A stretch of 64,000 nt of DNA from the NCBI GenBank assembly GCA_965216315.1, contig CBDCFN010000016.1, positions 320,001 to 384,000 of the forward strand. Reading direction: 5' to 3'. The notes beneath the pieces were generated by a model. That model had not been told where the DNA came from, made no database searches, and saw only the letters and a list, made by a program, of their open reading frames with translations. Shown one piece after another: positions 19,083 to 28,459 of the stretch. Source of the stretch: a bacterium. GTDB lineage: Bacteria; UBA10199; 2-02-FULL-50-16; JAJFLM01. The first letter of the stretch is position 1. Each line of letters begins with the position of its first letter. The translations under genes and the position numbers were made by a program.

Positions 19083-21218
19083 ATGGCTGATTTGGCAGAA
19101 TCATTGAGCGGCATTAATAAGCTAATCGCTAAGTACAGTGATCTCGTGATTGCGGGACTCGTTGTGGCGGTCTTGGCGATTATTGTCATTCCGCTGCCAA
19201 CTTGGCTCATTGATATCATGATAACCATCAATATCACCGGTGGTGTCATCTTGATGTTGACGGCCCTTTACATCAATAACGCCCTTCAAATCGCGAGTTT
19301 TCCGACCATCTTGCTGATTTCCACCTTGTACCGGCTGTCGATCAATATCGCGACCACGCGTCAGATTCTGGGGACCGGTCAGGCCGGTGAAGTGATCTAT
19401 GCCTTTGGTAATTTCGTGGTCGGGGGCAACTACGTCGTCGGGGGAATACTCTTTGCGATCATTACCTTGGTCAACTTTCTCGTCATTGCCAAAGGTTCGG
19501 AGCGTGTGTCGGAAGTCGGGGCCCGCTTTACCTTGGACGCGATGCCCGGAAAGCAGATGTCTATCGATGCGGATTTGAGGGCGGGCATTATCGATCAGGA
19601 TGACGCGCAGGAACGACGCGCCACCTTGCAGCGTGAATCTCAGATGTACGGGGCTATGGACGGTGCGATGAAGTTCGTTAAAGGGGACGCGATCGCCGGT
19701 ATCGTCATTACCTTCATCAACGTTATCGGTGGCCTCTCCATCGGGGTATTGCAGCGCGGGCTCGAGTTAGGCAATGCGGCCAAACAATATACCTTGCTCT
19801 CGATTGGTGACGGGCTGGTGTCGCAGGTTCCGGCGCTGATTATTTCGGTGTCGGCCGGTATCGTCGTTACGCGTGTCGCCTCGGAAGGTGAGGACGCGAA
19901 TCTCGGCCGCGACATTATCAGCCAGATGACGGCCTACCCGAAGGCCCTGATGATTGGGGCGGGATTGCTCTTTGTGATGGGAATTATCCCGGGCTTGCCG
20001 ACCGTGCCCTTCCTGGTGCTGGCGGCGGCCTTAGGCGCCTTATCGTTCTTCTTGGTGCGCGGCAAGGTGAAGGCCGTGCAGGATGTCATGGAGACACCGA
20101 AGGAAGAGGTTGTTAAGAAAGCGGTCGCGAAACATGGGGATCAGCTCCCTTTTATTATGCCTGCGCCGATCTCGCTGGAAGTCGGTTCCGGTTTGATCCC
20201 TTTTGTCGACGATACGCAGGATGGAGGGCGTTTTATCAATGAATTGATTCCATTGCTGCGGCATGGCCTTTACTATGAATTAGGCGTCAATTTTCCGGGT
20301 ATTCAGGTGCGTGGCCAAAATATTGATATGGAGCCGAATGCCTACGTGATCAACATCAATGAGGTGCCGGTCGCGCATGGTAGCGCGGAAAGTGGTTGCA
20401 TCCTCGTCGGCGAACCGCTGGAACAGCTGTCGTTGTTTAATATTACGGGAAAAGAGACAATTCATCCCATTGATGGATCGGTGGTGACCTGGATTTCCGA
20501 ACAGTACCGTGAAGTCGCGCAGCAGGCCGGCTTTCGAATGTGGGACGTGGCGGAGTATCTCATCCTGCATCTCTCCCATTTACTCCGCAAACATGCCCAT
20601 GAATTCTTAGGCCTCCAGGAAGTGCAGACCTTGCTCAACGAGCTCGAAAAGACGCATCCGGCGCTGATCAAGGAGTTAGTGCCGAAGGTGATTACAATCT
20701 TGCAATTATCAGAAATATTTCAGCGTTTGGTCCAGGAAGACATTTCGATTCGCGATCTCAAAAATATCTTTTCGACGATGGCGCAGTGGGGAGAAATTGA
20801 GCGGGATTCGGTCGCGCTTACCGAACATATTCGCGCGGGTCTCAAGCGTTACGTGACTTATAAGTATGCCGGCCAGACCGCCACGCTGGCCGTGTATCTC
20901 TTGGATCCGAATATCGAGGAAATGATCAAGGCGGCGATACGCAAGACAGATAAAGGCAACTATCTCGCGCTCGAACCGGAGATCATGCAGGAACTCGTGG
21001 AAGCGGTCGGTAAAGAGATCGCCAGTCATCCCATGCCGCCGGCGGCCAAGCCTCCGGTTATCCTAACGATCTCGGAGGTGCGTCGGTACTTCCGTAAGAT
21101 TATCGAGCTCGAATTTCCGCAGCTGTCTGTCCTGTCTTACCAGGAATTATCAGAAAATCTGCGTATTCAGCCGATCGCGCGGATCACCTTGCCAAATCGC
21201 CAGATTCAAGCGGCGTGA
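19083..21218 (+). CDS. sctV: Type III secretion export gate SctV (LcrD/FlhA family)
   Basis: RVSEVGARFTLDAMPGKQMSIDADL, YGAMDGAMKFVKGDAIAG, IGDGLVSQVPAL, VLSYQEL. Confidence 0.95.
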   Translation: MADLAESLSGINKLIAKYSDLVIAGLVVAVLAIIVIPLPTWLIDIMITINITGGVILMLTALYINNALQIASFPTILLISTLYRLSINIATTRQILGTGQAGEVIYAFGNFVVGGNYVVGGILFAIITLVNFLVIAKGSERVSEVGARFTLDAMPGKQMSIDADLRAGIIDQDDAQERRATLQRESQMYGAMDGAMKFVKGDAIAGIVITFINVIGGLSIGVLQRGLELGNAAKQYTLLSIGDGLVSQVPALIISVSAGIVVTRVASEGEDANLGRDIISQMTAYPKALMIGAGLLFVMGIIPGLPTVPFLVLAAALGALSFFLVRGKVKAVQDVMETPKEEVVKKAVAKHGDQLPFIMPAPISLEVGSGLIPFVDDTQDGGRFINELIPLLRHGLYYELGVNFPGIQVRGQNIDMEPNAYVININEVPVAHGSAESGCILVGEPLEQLSLFNITGKETIHPIDGSVVTWISEQYREVAQQAGFRMWDVAEYLILHLSHLLRKHAHEFLGLQEVQTLLNELEKTHPALIKELVPKVITILQLSEIFQRLVQEDISIRDLKNIFSTMAQWGEIERDSVALTEHIRAGLKRYVTYKYAGQTATLAVYLLDPNIEEMIKAAIRKTDKGNYLALEPEIMQELVEAVGKEIASHPMPPAAKPPVILTISEVRRYFRKIIELEFPQLSVLSYQELSENLRIQPIARITLPNRQIQAA

Positions 21219-22277
21219 TTATAGCAATTTAAGTAGGAACCAAATCGACCCGACAAGAATAACCAAGCCAATAACGGCGGCGCCGATTTCGACCGGGCTG
21301 AAACGTTGCCAAAAGGGAGTGGAGGTCTCCGCCATCGGTGCCTCGGGGGGCATTTCAGTGGGCAGCTGGGGAGGCATTTCCGGAGGCATCTCGACCGGCG
21401 CTTCTTCCGGCGGTGGGGCCTCAGGTGCAGGTTTCTCGACAGCCTGTTCCGTGGTTCCGCTGCTATCGGCACGTCGTGCGACCCGGGCGATACTCTCATC
21501 GCCGCTTTCTCGGTTGATGACGGGTGGCGGGGCTTCCGCCCTGGGGGGTGGCGAGGCGGCCAGATAGTCCCAGCCATGTTCCGTGGGATTGCGGTAGAGG
21601 AGGGGCAGCGTCCCGAGTAAGATGCGATCCCCATCACTTAACACGACTTCATTGATTTTTTCGTCGTTGACGAAAACCCCATTTTTGCTGGCGAGATCAA
21701 TGATGCTGACCGTGTCCCATTTTTTGACGATACGGGCATGCTTGCGGGAGATTACCTCAGATTCAATTTGGAACTCACAGGCCGGATCGCGACCGACGAC
21801 GACTTCCTGGGTTTTGCCATCGAGGATGAAGCGTTTGCCTTCATGGCCGCCTCCGACAACTTCCAGTACGGGGGCGTTGTCCTTGTCGACGGCGCGGAGT
21901 AATTTTTTAATCATCTTGATTTCAAGGACGTCCGTGTCGGTAATTTCCCCGAAATCAGGGTTGGTGCTGCCGTTGATGATGAAAACAATTTCGAAATTTT
22001 CAATCTGAATCTTGTCACTGTTACGCAACAACATTTTTTCATGGGCTTGCAGTCGCTGACTATTGACGTAGGTTCCGTTGCCGCTATCAAGATCGACAAT
22101 AAAAAAACTCCCGTTTTCAAAACGGATCTCAGCATGATTGCGGGACACGCTTTTGGAAGGGAGGACGATGAAATTGGAGCGGTCACGGCCGATTACAATC
22201 GACTCCTGGTCCATGCGGTAAGAATTTTTTTGACCGCTATCGCGGTCCTTAACGGCAATGGAAGGGTGGATGTCCAT
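21219..22277 (-). CDS. Tandem FHA-FHA protein with Pro/Glu linker and C-terminal TM anchor
   Basis: Two GR...SRxHA...NG FHA motifs; C-terminal hydrophobic helix. Confidence 0.85.
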   Translation of the reverse strand: MDIHPSIAVKDRDSGQKNSYRMDQESIVIGRDRSNFIVLPSKSVSRNHAEIRFENGSFFIVDLDSGNGTYVNSQRLQAHEKMLLRNSDKIQIENFEIVFIINGSTNPDFGEITDTDVLEIKMIKKLLRAVDKDNAPVLEVVGGGHEGKRFILDGKTQEVVVGRDPACEFQIESEVISRKHARIVKKWDTVSIIDLASKNGVFVNDEKINEVVLSDGDRILLGTLPLLYRNPTEHGWDYLAASPPPRAEAPPPVINRESGDESIARVARRADSSGTTEQAVEKPAPEAPPPEEAPVEMPPEMPPQLPTEMPPEAPMAETSTPFWQRFSPVEIGAAVIGLVILVGSIWFLLKLL

Positions 22278-22280
22278 GGC

Positions 22281-23522
22281 TTAGCAGCCTCCATTGGAGT
22301 CAGCCATATTCTTGGCGATCTGGGCCTCACGTGGAAAACGCTGCGCACCGCTTTTGACGAAGGGGCATAGGTATTGATTGGCTTTTTTGCGATTGCCTAA
22401 TTTGTTGTGGAGACTGCCGAGATTGTAGAGGGCCTGCGGGTGCTGGGGTTCGAGATCGAGTGCGGCTTCCATCCCTTTAATTGCTTGTTGGGGGTTGTCT
22501 TCTTTCAGGTAGGTCATGGCCTTATTGAAGGCCGCATCCGCATACGTCGGTTTGAGTTTGAGCGCCTTGTCAAAGGCCTCGCGTGCTTTAGAGTATTTTT
22601 TGAGGGCGTAGTAGGCATAGCCGAGGTTGAAGAAACCACGCGGATTTTTCTTGTCCAGTTGGGTGGCATGTTTGAAGGCCCCGAGTGCATCCATCGGGCG
22701 CCGATTTTTCAGATAAGATTCGCCGAGTTTTAGGAAGGTTGAACTGTCGTTGGTGTTCATCTTGAGAGCCCGGACAAAACTGGCCCGGGCGCGTTCCGGA
22801 TCACCTTTTTGCAAGTAGACGTTTCCCATCTTGATCCAGGGCTCGGCTGCATTCGGCCGAGTCTCCGTCGCCAAACGGAAGCGTATGAGGGCCTCTTCCC
22901 AACGTCCGAGTTGGTGGTAGATGTCGCCGAGCCGTAAATGCCCGTGATAGAGTTTGGCATCAATAGCAGTAGCTTCTTTCATGTGCTTGGCGGCTTTTTG
23001 TAGATAAGAGGTTGGGTCTTCGGCCTTGTCGGCGCGGCGCAGATCGACAATGGCGAGGTTGTAGTGGGCATCGGCAAATTTCTCATCGATATCGATCGCT
23101 TTGTTGAGATAGCTTTCGGCGCGACCGTAATCGCCTTTGTCCATATAAGTCGTGCCAAGATGGTTGTAGGAAGTCGCCCATTTTTTATCGGCTTTGATCG
23201 CTTGTTCGAAATAAGCGATCGCCTGCTCGAGATTGCCCTGGTATTTGTACACGAGACCCAGATTGCTCAGTGCTTCCGGATAATTGGGGCTGGCCTCGAC
23301 CGCGGTCTTGAACTCAAGTTCCGCTTCTTTGAATTTGCGTTCCTCTAAATAACGCACACCACGGTTATTGTGGTAGATCGCAATCTTGGGGGGGATGTTT
23401 TCGCGCTGCGGTTCGGCGACGGCACCTCCGCCAAACGATCCAAAACAACCGTTTAGGTTAATTGTCCAGACAGTTATGATAATGCCGACCACGATAAACG
23501 AATGCTTCATAAGCCTCACCAT
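22281..23522 (-). CDS. TPR-repeat (lipo)protein
   Basis: Hydrophobic N-terminus with LNGC lipobox-like motif, then about 10 TPR repeats. Confidence 0.85.
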   Translation of the reverse strand: MVRLMKHSFIVVGIIITVWTINLNGCFGSFGGGAVAEPQRENIPPKIAIYHNNRGVRYLEERKFKEAELEFKTAVEASPNYPEALSNLGLVYKYQGNLEQAIAYFEQAIKADKKWATSYNHLGTTYMDKGDYGRAESYLNKAIDIDEKFADAHYNLAIVDLRRADKAEDPTSYLQKAAKHMKEATAIDAKLYHGHLRLGDIYHQLGRWEEALIRFRLATETRPNAAEPWIKMGNVYLQKGDPERARASFVRALKMNTNDSSTFLKLGESYLKNRRPMDALGAFKHATQLDKKNPRGFFNLGYAYYALKKYSKAREAFDKALKLKPTYADAAFNKAMTYLKEDNPQQAIKGMEAALDLEPQHPQALYNLGSLHNKLGNRKKANQYLCPFVKSGAQRFPREAQIAKNMADSNGGC

Positions 23523-23523
23523 T

Positions 23524-24567
23524 TTACTGACAATTTGTAAGCGAAGGAAGCGACGATGTATCGCCCTTTCCCAGCTGTTGCATCAATTTAAGGGATGAAA
23601 CGTCTCCAGGCAAGGCTTTCAAAGCCTCTTCGAGCTGTTGGGCCGCAGCCGCGCTGTCGCCTTTTTCTAAGCGATCCGCGGCGGAGGTTTGGAGGGCATC
23701 CGCTTCGAGGTATTGCGTGACGCGCCGGCCCCAGTGTTTGCCGATAATCGGACAGAGCAGCAGCATTTTGGTCAACTCACGTTCGGCTTGTTGGAAATAA
23801 TTCTTATAGTCACGGCCTTCAACTTTTGCCATGAAACCGATTTCCGCGAGGGTTTGCGCCAGCCCGAGATAGGCGTAGCAATAGTTGAAATCATTTTTGA
23901 TCGCTTCCTCGTAAAAACCGCGCGCTTTGAGAATATGTGCTTCCGTTCCTTTAGCATCGGCAATTTGCCCCAGCACCCAGAAATTCATTGCCGTTAAGTT
24001 GCGAACCCGGTTTTCGGTTCCCATGAGCACTTTTTTGTCGACGCGGACTTTTTTGAATGCCTTGCTGGCGCGGCGCGCGAGGTGAATGAAGAGTTCGGAG
24101 AGTTTTTTAGGGCTGGGCCAAGCAATAACTTCTTCTTCAATCGGCACCTGTTTTTTTGCGCTGACATCGACGAAACGCGTGAAGATTTCCAGCTTGTCCG
24201 TTTTTTTGTGATACTGGCCGGCAATGACATAATCGGCGTTGGCCGTTTTACCGAGTTGGATCGCTTCATTTAGGTCAAAAGTTGTTTCCGCACTTCGTTT
24301 TTCGATGACCTTGGTGTTCTTCGTTGATTCGAGCGCCAAGAAAAGTCCTAGACGCAGTGCGTCTGAAAGCCATTGGAGGTTGGGATCGTTTGTTTCGTTG
24401 ATATACGGCAAGATTAATATACGTTTATCTTTAGGGGAGGCCGCAAAGACCTTGCGATTAGCCTCGAAGATGGCAGGCCAGTTGTAACACGTGCGTGCCG
24501 GGGCTTGGCGGGGGCTAAGCATCACAACGAGGGCAAAACACGCTATAATGAAAACGGTGGGTTTCAT
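23524..24567 (-). CDS. Exported protein with TolB-N/FlgO-like domain and TPR
   Basis: Signal peptide; ILILPYIN...WLSDAL...ANADYVIAGQY...RFVDV pattern; C-terminal TPR. Confidence 0.65.
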   Translation of the reverse strand: MKPTVFIIACFALVVMLSPRQAPARTCYNWPAIFEANRKVFAASPKDKRILILPYINETNDPNLQWLSDALRLGLFLALESTKNTKVIEKRSAETTFDLNEAIQLGKTANADYVIAGQYHKKTDKLEIFTRFVDVSAKKQVPIEEEVIAWPSPKKLSELFIHLARRASKAFKKVRVDKKVLMGTENRVRNLTAMNFWVLGQIADAKGTEAHILKARGFYEEAIKNDFNYCYAYLGLAQTLAEIGFMAKVEGRDYKNYFQQAERELTKMLLLCPIIGKHWGRRVTQYLEADALQTSAADRLEKGDSAAAAQQLEEALKALPGDVSSLKLMQQLGKGDTSSLPSLTNCQ

Positions 24568-24718
24568 GAATGTCGGCAATCTTACGCACATTCGACTGCG
24601 TTTGAAAACCGCTAAGTGTTTGAGAACGTTAAGGAACTGTGTTAAATGAAATAAGGTGAGGAATCTCACTCTACCCTAATAGCCCCTCATCTGAAATTTA
24701 AGGTTATTGAGAATATTT

Positions 24719-26869
24719 ATGGCGGATCCAAAGGACAAGACGACTGTAGAAGTAGAAGAGAATACCGAAATACGTGAAATCGGTGCCCTCGATGCCGCCG
24801 TCTTTCCTTGTTTGCGTGTCGTCGCCGGTCCGGGGCGCGGGGCTATTTATCCATTGCAGCCGGGGACCAACCTCGTGGGTCGTAGCGATATGGCCCACGT
24901 CATGCTCGATGACTCATCGATCTCACGTAATCATGCCGAGCTTGATGTGCGTGAAGAAGGGGCCCTCGTGCGTGACCTGGACAGTCGCAATGGAACACAG
25001 GTGCAGGGGGTTGCGATCACAAGTGACACCCCCATTATGCATGGGCAGCGCCTCAAGGTCGGGATCTATGATTTTCAATATTTGACGGAGGAGGCCGAGA
25101 TGCCGGCGGAAGATGAACCGCCGCAACCGCCACCGGAATCTGCTACGGAGGCGGCGGGTGCTGAAACCGTTGTTGAGGATGACGCTCCGACGGTTGATGA
25201 AGCGCCGCCCGAGGAAATGCCGCCGCAAGAAGAGGTGCCTGCGGAGGTGCCGCCCGAAATGCCGCCCGAAGTTCCTCCTGAGGCAACGGAACAACCGCCG
25301 GTGCCCGAAGCCGCGGCGGAGGCGCCGCCGAAGCCACCCGGCAAACTCGGTCCCTTGCTCGCGGTCTTTAAACGGATTCCGCGACGTTGGTATTTTATCA
25401 GTGTCGGTCTCTTGGTCGTCGCCGCGCTTGCTTATGGAGCGGTTTCCTACTTTACGGGTGGGCCGAGTGGCCCGCCGGAAATTCCCACCAAGCCGATCAC
25501 GACCCCGGACCCGCAAGCGATTCCGAGCGACGTTAAACTGGCGGTGCCGGAATACGTCCCGGTCTTTCTCGATTTTTCGGCGGCGCCGATTAGTGCGGAA
25601 GTCTTTTTTGGCGATGAGTCGGTGGGACGGACCCCGTTTCGCATGAGCGCCCATCTCAAGTACGGCAAGACGTATGAAGTCAAAGCCAAGTTCCGCCTCG
25701 AAGAGATCGACGAAGTCGTTGAACAAAAACAACGCATCGCTTTGGGTAAGGATCAGCAGGTGATTCCCGTCAATTTCGCCGGCGAGATTGGGCATATGAA
25801 AATCAAAGCCTTGCCGCGCGGGATAGACCTTTATTTAGAAGCCTTCTTTGCAAGCGATCCGCACCAGGCCAAGCCGATCAAATTTAACGAAGTGATCTTT
25901 GGTAAGCCGATTTACTTGCCCTTCGGTCGCTATGTGATGGAACTACGTCAAAGTCGTAAGTTGAGTGCGTCCAAGACCTTTATCAACGAAGTCGTGTATC
26001 GCCGTGAGTTTGTGATTGATAAGGATCAAGGCGTCTACGAAGTCGAGGTCAAAGCGGCGGAGCTCAGCGTGTTTCCGGCCAAGATCAATACGGTCCCGCC
26101 GGAGGCGACGTTAATCGTCGATGGCAAGGAGTTGGGGCCCACGCCCTTTGAGGGCGATCTGGCGGTCGGAAGTCATAAGCTGATGATTCGCAAGGAAGGG
26201 TATTTTCCGCACGAGCAGGAGATACGCGTTGATCTGAATACGCCCTTTGAGGCCGACATTGCCCTTAAGACATCGGAGGCGGGTCAGCGCATCAATGAGG
26301 CGCGGATCAAGATTCGACAACGTCGCTATAAAGAAGCGATTAATCTCTTGATCAACGCACTCAAAGAGAACCCGACGACTAAAGAGGTTGCGGAAACGCA
26401 TTACTTGATTGGGCAGGCGAATGTTTTCCTGAAAAACTATCCTGATGCGCGCGATTATTTCATTCAAGCGATGCGGCACCAGGAGTATCGCTATCCGGCG
26501 CGCCTCGGAATTGCTCAGCTTCATTACGCCCAGGGAGAACGGGTTAAGGCCTTGCAGATACTAACGGAGGTCCTGATCTCGGCGAAACGCAAGGATCTGC
26601 GTTCGGATGCGGGCAAATTGTTTCAGCAGATCTCTCCCTTCAAATCAGTTCTTTATGTCATGACCGAGCCGGAAGGGGCCGACGTGATCGTGAATGACAA
26701 AAAAGTTGCGGTCAAGACACCGCTCTTACTCCATGACTTGCTGGTGGGGGCCTATCGACTTTATTTTAGCCTGCCGGGTTATGAGCCCCACCATGTCAAA
26801 GTGGATATCGGGGTTTCCGAGTTCAAGCCGGTTACCGTGAAATTGCAGCCGATTAAACTGGCCGAGTAG
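24719..26869 (+). CDS. FHA-TM-PEGA-TPR membrane protein
   Basis: N-terminal FHA (VGRS...ISRNHA...SRNGT), Pro/Glu linker, one TM, PEGA repeats (NTVPPEATLIVDG...TP), TPR block. Confidence 0.85.
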   Translation: MADPKDKTTVEVEENTEIREIGALDAAVFPCLRVVAGPGRGAIYPLQPGTNLVGRSDMAHVMLDDSSISRNHAELDVREEGALVRDLDSRNGTQVQGVAITSDTPIMHGQRLKVGIYDFQYLTEEAEMPAEDEPPQPPPESATEAAGAETVVEDDAPTVDEAPPEEMPPQEEVPAEVPPEMPPEVPPEATEQPPVPEAAAEAPPKPPGKLGPLLAVFKRIPRRWYFISVGLLVVAALAYGAVSYFTGGPSGPPEIPTKPITTPDPQAIPSDVKLAVPEYVPVFLDFSAAPISAEVFFGDESVGRTPFRMSAHLKYGKTYEVKAKFRLEEIDEVVEQKQRIALGKDQQVIPVNFAGEIGHMKIKALPRGIDLYLEAFFASDPHQAKPIKFNEVIFGKPIYLPFGRYVMELRQSRKLSASKTFINEVVYRREFVIDKDQGVYEVEVKAAELSVFPAKINTVPPEATLIVDGKELGPTPFEGDLAVGSHKLMIRKEGYFPHEQEIRVDLNTPFEADIALKTSEAGQRINEARIKIRQRRYKEAINLLINALKENPTTKEVAETHYLIGQANVFLKNYPDARDYFIQAMRHQEYRYPARLGIAQLHYAQGERVKALQILTEVLISAKRKDLRSDAGKLFQQISPFKSVLYVMTEPEGADVIVNDKKVAVKTPLLLHDLLVGAYRLYFSLPGYEPHHVKVDIGVSEFKPVTVKLQPIKLAE

Positions 26870-26883
26870 GGCGCGGCACCCGT

Positions 26884-26930
26884 CCTCCGAAGTAGCTCTG
26901 CTACGGAGGGTGGAAGTAGCGCCGCTACTT
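26884..26930. repeat. Two adjacent intergenic palindromes (REP-like)
   Basis: CCTCCG-AA-GTAGC-TCT-GCTAC-GGAGG and AAGTAGC-GCC-GCTACTT. Confidence 0.55.
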
Positions 26931-27019
26931 GCGCAAGTGGCGTAAAATTGTTAAAATTTTCAAAACGTTATACGTGTTTGCCCGGATAACGGCTTGAATC
27001 AGTATTGAGGAGGTCCTTT

Positions 27020-27358
27020 TTGCCCAGAGACACGCAGACCCAAGATCAGGCGGCGCCGGAGCCGTTTCGCCCCCGCTATCCGGCTATTGAAAAGTTGGTT
27101 GATTCTGAGGACTTTGATGCCCTCAATCACAATTATGGCCAGGCCTATGACGAATTGGAAAAGCTGGCCAAGCAAAAAGGGGTGGGTGGATCGCGTGATT
27201 CCAAAAAGGCCATGAAGGCCCTCGAACTAGTGATGGATCTGCTGAAGTATCTCCTGAAGCTGAAGTACGAATATTTGGCTTCTATAGAGGGTGGGGATCA
27301 AAGTCCCCAAAAAAATCTTTCTGGAGACACGCAACTCCAGGGAGAGCGGGTGCGATAA
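27020..27358 (+). CDS. Small helical hypothetical protein (possible needle co-chaperone)
   Basis: TTG start after GAGGAGG; lies directly before the needle-like gene. Confidence 0.6.
   Translation: MPRDTQTQDQAAPEPFRPRYPAIEKLVDSEDFDALNHNYGQAYDELEKLAKQKGVGGSRDSKKAMKALELVMDLLKYLLKLKYEYLASIEGGDQSPQKNLSGDTQLQGERVR
27331..27358 (+). promoter_or_regulatory. Putative sigma28-like promoter GCAACT-N16-CGATAA
   Basis: Same motif recurs before five other T3SS-associated genes. Confidence 0.7.
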
Positions 27359-27384
27359 TTTTGGTGAAAGGATAGAAGACCCAG

Positions 27385-27936
27385 ATGACATTAGCCGCAA
27401 TTGAACCCAAAGCCCTTCGCGTTCAGACAGGAGCCCCCTCGACCCCCAAAGGTCCGGGTTTCTCTGAAATCATGTCGGCTTTGGCGCCTGCGGCGGCTGA
27501 AAGCACTGGGCTCGCGACGAATAATGCGAATGCGGCTTCCCTGACGCACGCAGCGCTTACGGGCGCGGCAGTGGCGGCGGGTCCTCAAACGGGGGCCTAC
27601 GGTGGGACTTATGGGATGAGTACGCAGTCTCCTTTCTCTTCCGCCGGATACGGCGTTCCCGACAGCCTCGGGACCGGTTATTCGAGTGGAACTTACGCCG
27701 CGGGTGGCTCCACCGGCGGTTTCGGCGCAGCTATTGGCGGGGGCTCAGGCCTTCCGACCGATCCCTTCATGCAGCAGGATTATCTACTCAATAAAATGCG
27801 TGATACCAACATGCAGATGATCCAGATTCAGGCCTCGATTCAGCACGAAAACCGGCGCTGGACGACCAATTCAAATATCTTAAAGGCAAAACACGATACG
27901 GAAATGGCTCAAGTGCGGAACTTCCGGGTCACCTAA
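27385..27936 (+). CDS. Putative needle/filament subunit (SctF-like C-terminus, Gly/Ser/Ala-rich N-terminal extension)
   Basis: C-terminal QIQASIQHENRRWTTNSNILKAKHDTEMAQVRNFR resembles SctF C-terminal helices; lies upstream of a TPR chaperone and sctJ. Confidence 0.6.
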   Translation: MTLAAIEPKALRVQTGAPSTPKGPGFSEIMSALAPAAAESTGLATNNANAASLTHAALTGAAVAAGPQTGAYGGTYGMSTQSPFSSAGYGVPDSLGTGYSSGTYAAGGSTGGFGAAIGGGSGLPTDPFMQQDYLLNKMRDTNMQMIQIQASIQHENRRWTTNSNILKAKHDTEMAQVRNFRVT

Positions 27937-27939
27937 TTC

Positions 27940-28029
27940 GTGAACCGAAAGCGCAGCTTCCGCTTCACTCTAGTCAAGGGGGCGAAAACTTTCTCCCCCT
28001 TAACAATCCCCCATCGTGGGGTCTCTTAA
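27940..28029 (+). repeat. Hairpin element (same family as the secA insert) forming a 29-codon mini-ORF
   Basis: AAAGCGCAGCTTCCG...GTCAAGGGGGCGAA...TTCTCCCCCTTAACAATCCCCCATCGT matches 15042-15108. Confidence 0.75.
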
Positions 28030-28042
28030 GGAGGAAGCCTGT

Positions 28043-28459
28043 ATGGTCCCGATGGAAAACGACGATCTCATCGTCATGATGGAGGCGGGTTACGTCTACC
28101 TTGGCATGCAGAAGTTCAAGGAGGCCAAGGCCGTCTTTGAAGGGGCCGCCGTGCTCGCGCCGGAAAGCGAGGTTCCACTCGTAGCGCTCGGAAGTGTCTT
28201 CTTTGCCCAGGAGAAATTTGACCAGGCGATCAGCTGGTATAAGAAGGCGCTCAAGAAGAATCCCAATAGTCCCTTCGCCAAGTCCTATTATGGGGAGGCC
28301 CTCATCTTTAAGGGCAAAAAGGACGAGGCCCTCGTTGCCTTGAATGAGGCGATTCAGATGGACCCGAAGGGCCAGTCCGGGATCTTTGCGCAGGCCCTGG
28401 TCGAGGCGGTCAAGGAAGGTTTTGTTCCCCCCAGTCGTGCCGGAGGGGCTGCGCCGTGA
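28043..28459 (+). CDS. TPR protein, probable T3SS chaperone
   Basis: Three TPR repeats; AAGGAGG RBS; position between the needle-like gene and sctJ. Confidence 0.75.
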   Translation: MVPMENDDLIVMMEAGYVYLGMQKFKEAKAVFEGAAVLAPESEVPLVALGSVFFAQEKFDQAISWYKKALKKNPNSPFAKSYYGEALIFKGKKDEALVALNEAIQMDPKGQSGIFAQALVEAVKEGFVPPSRAGGAAP

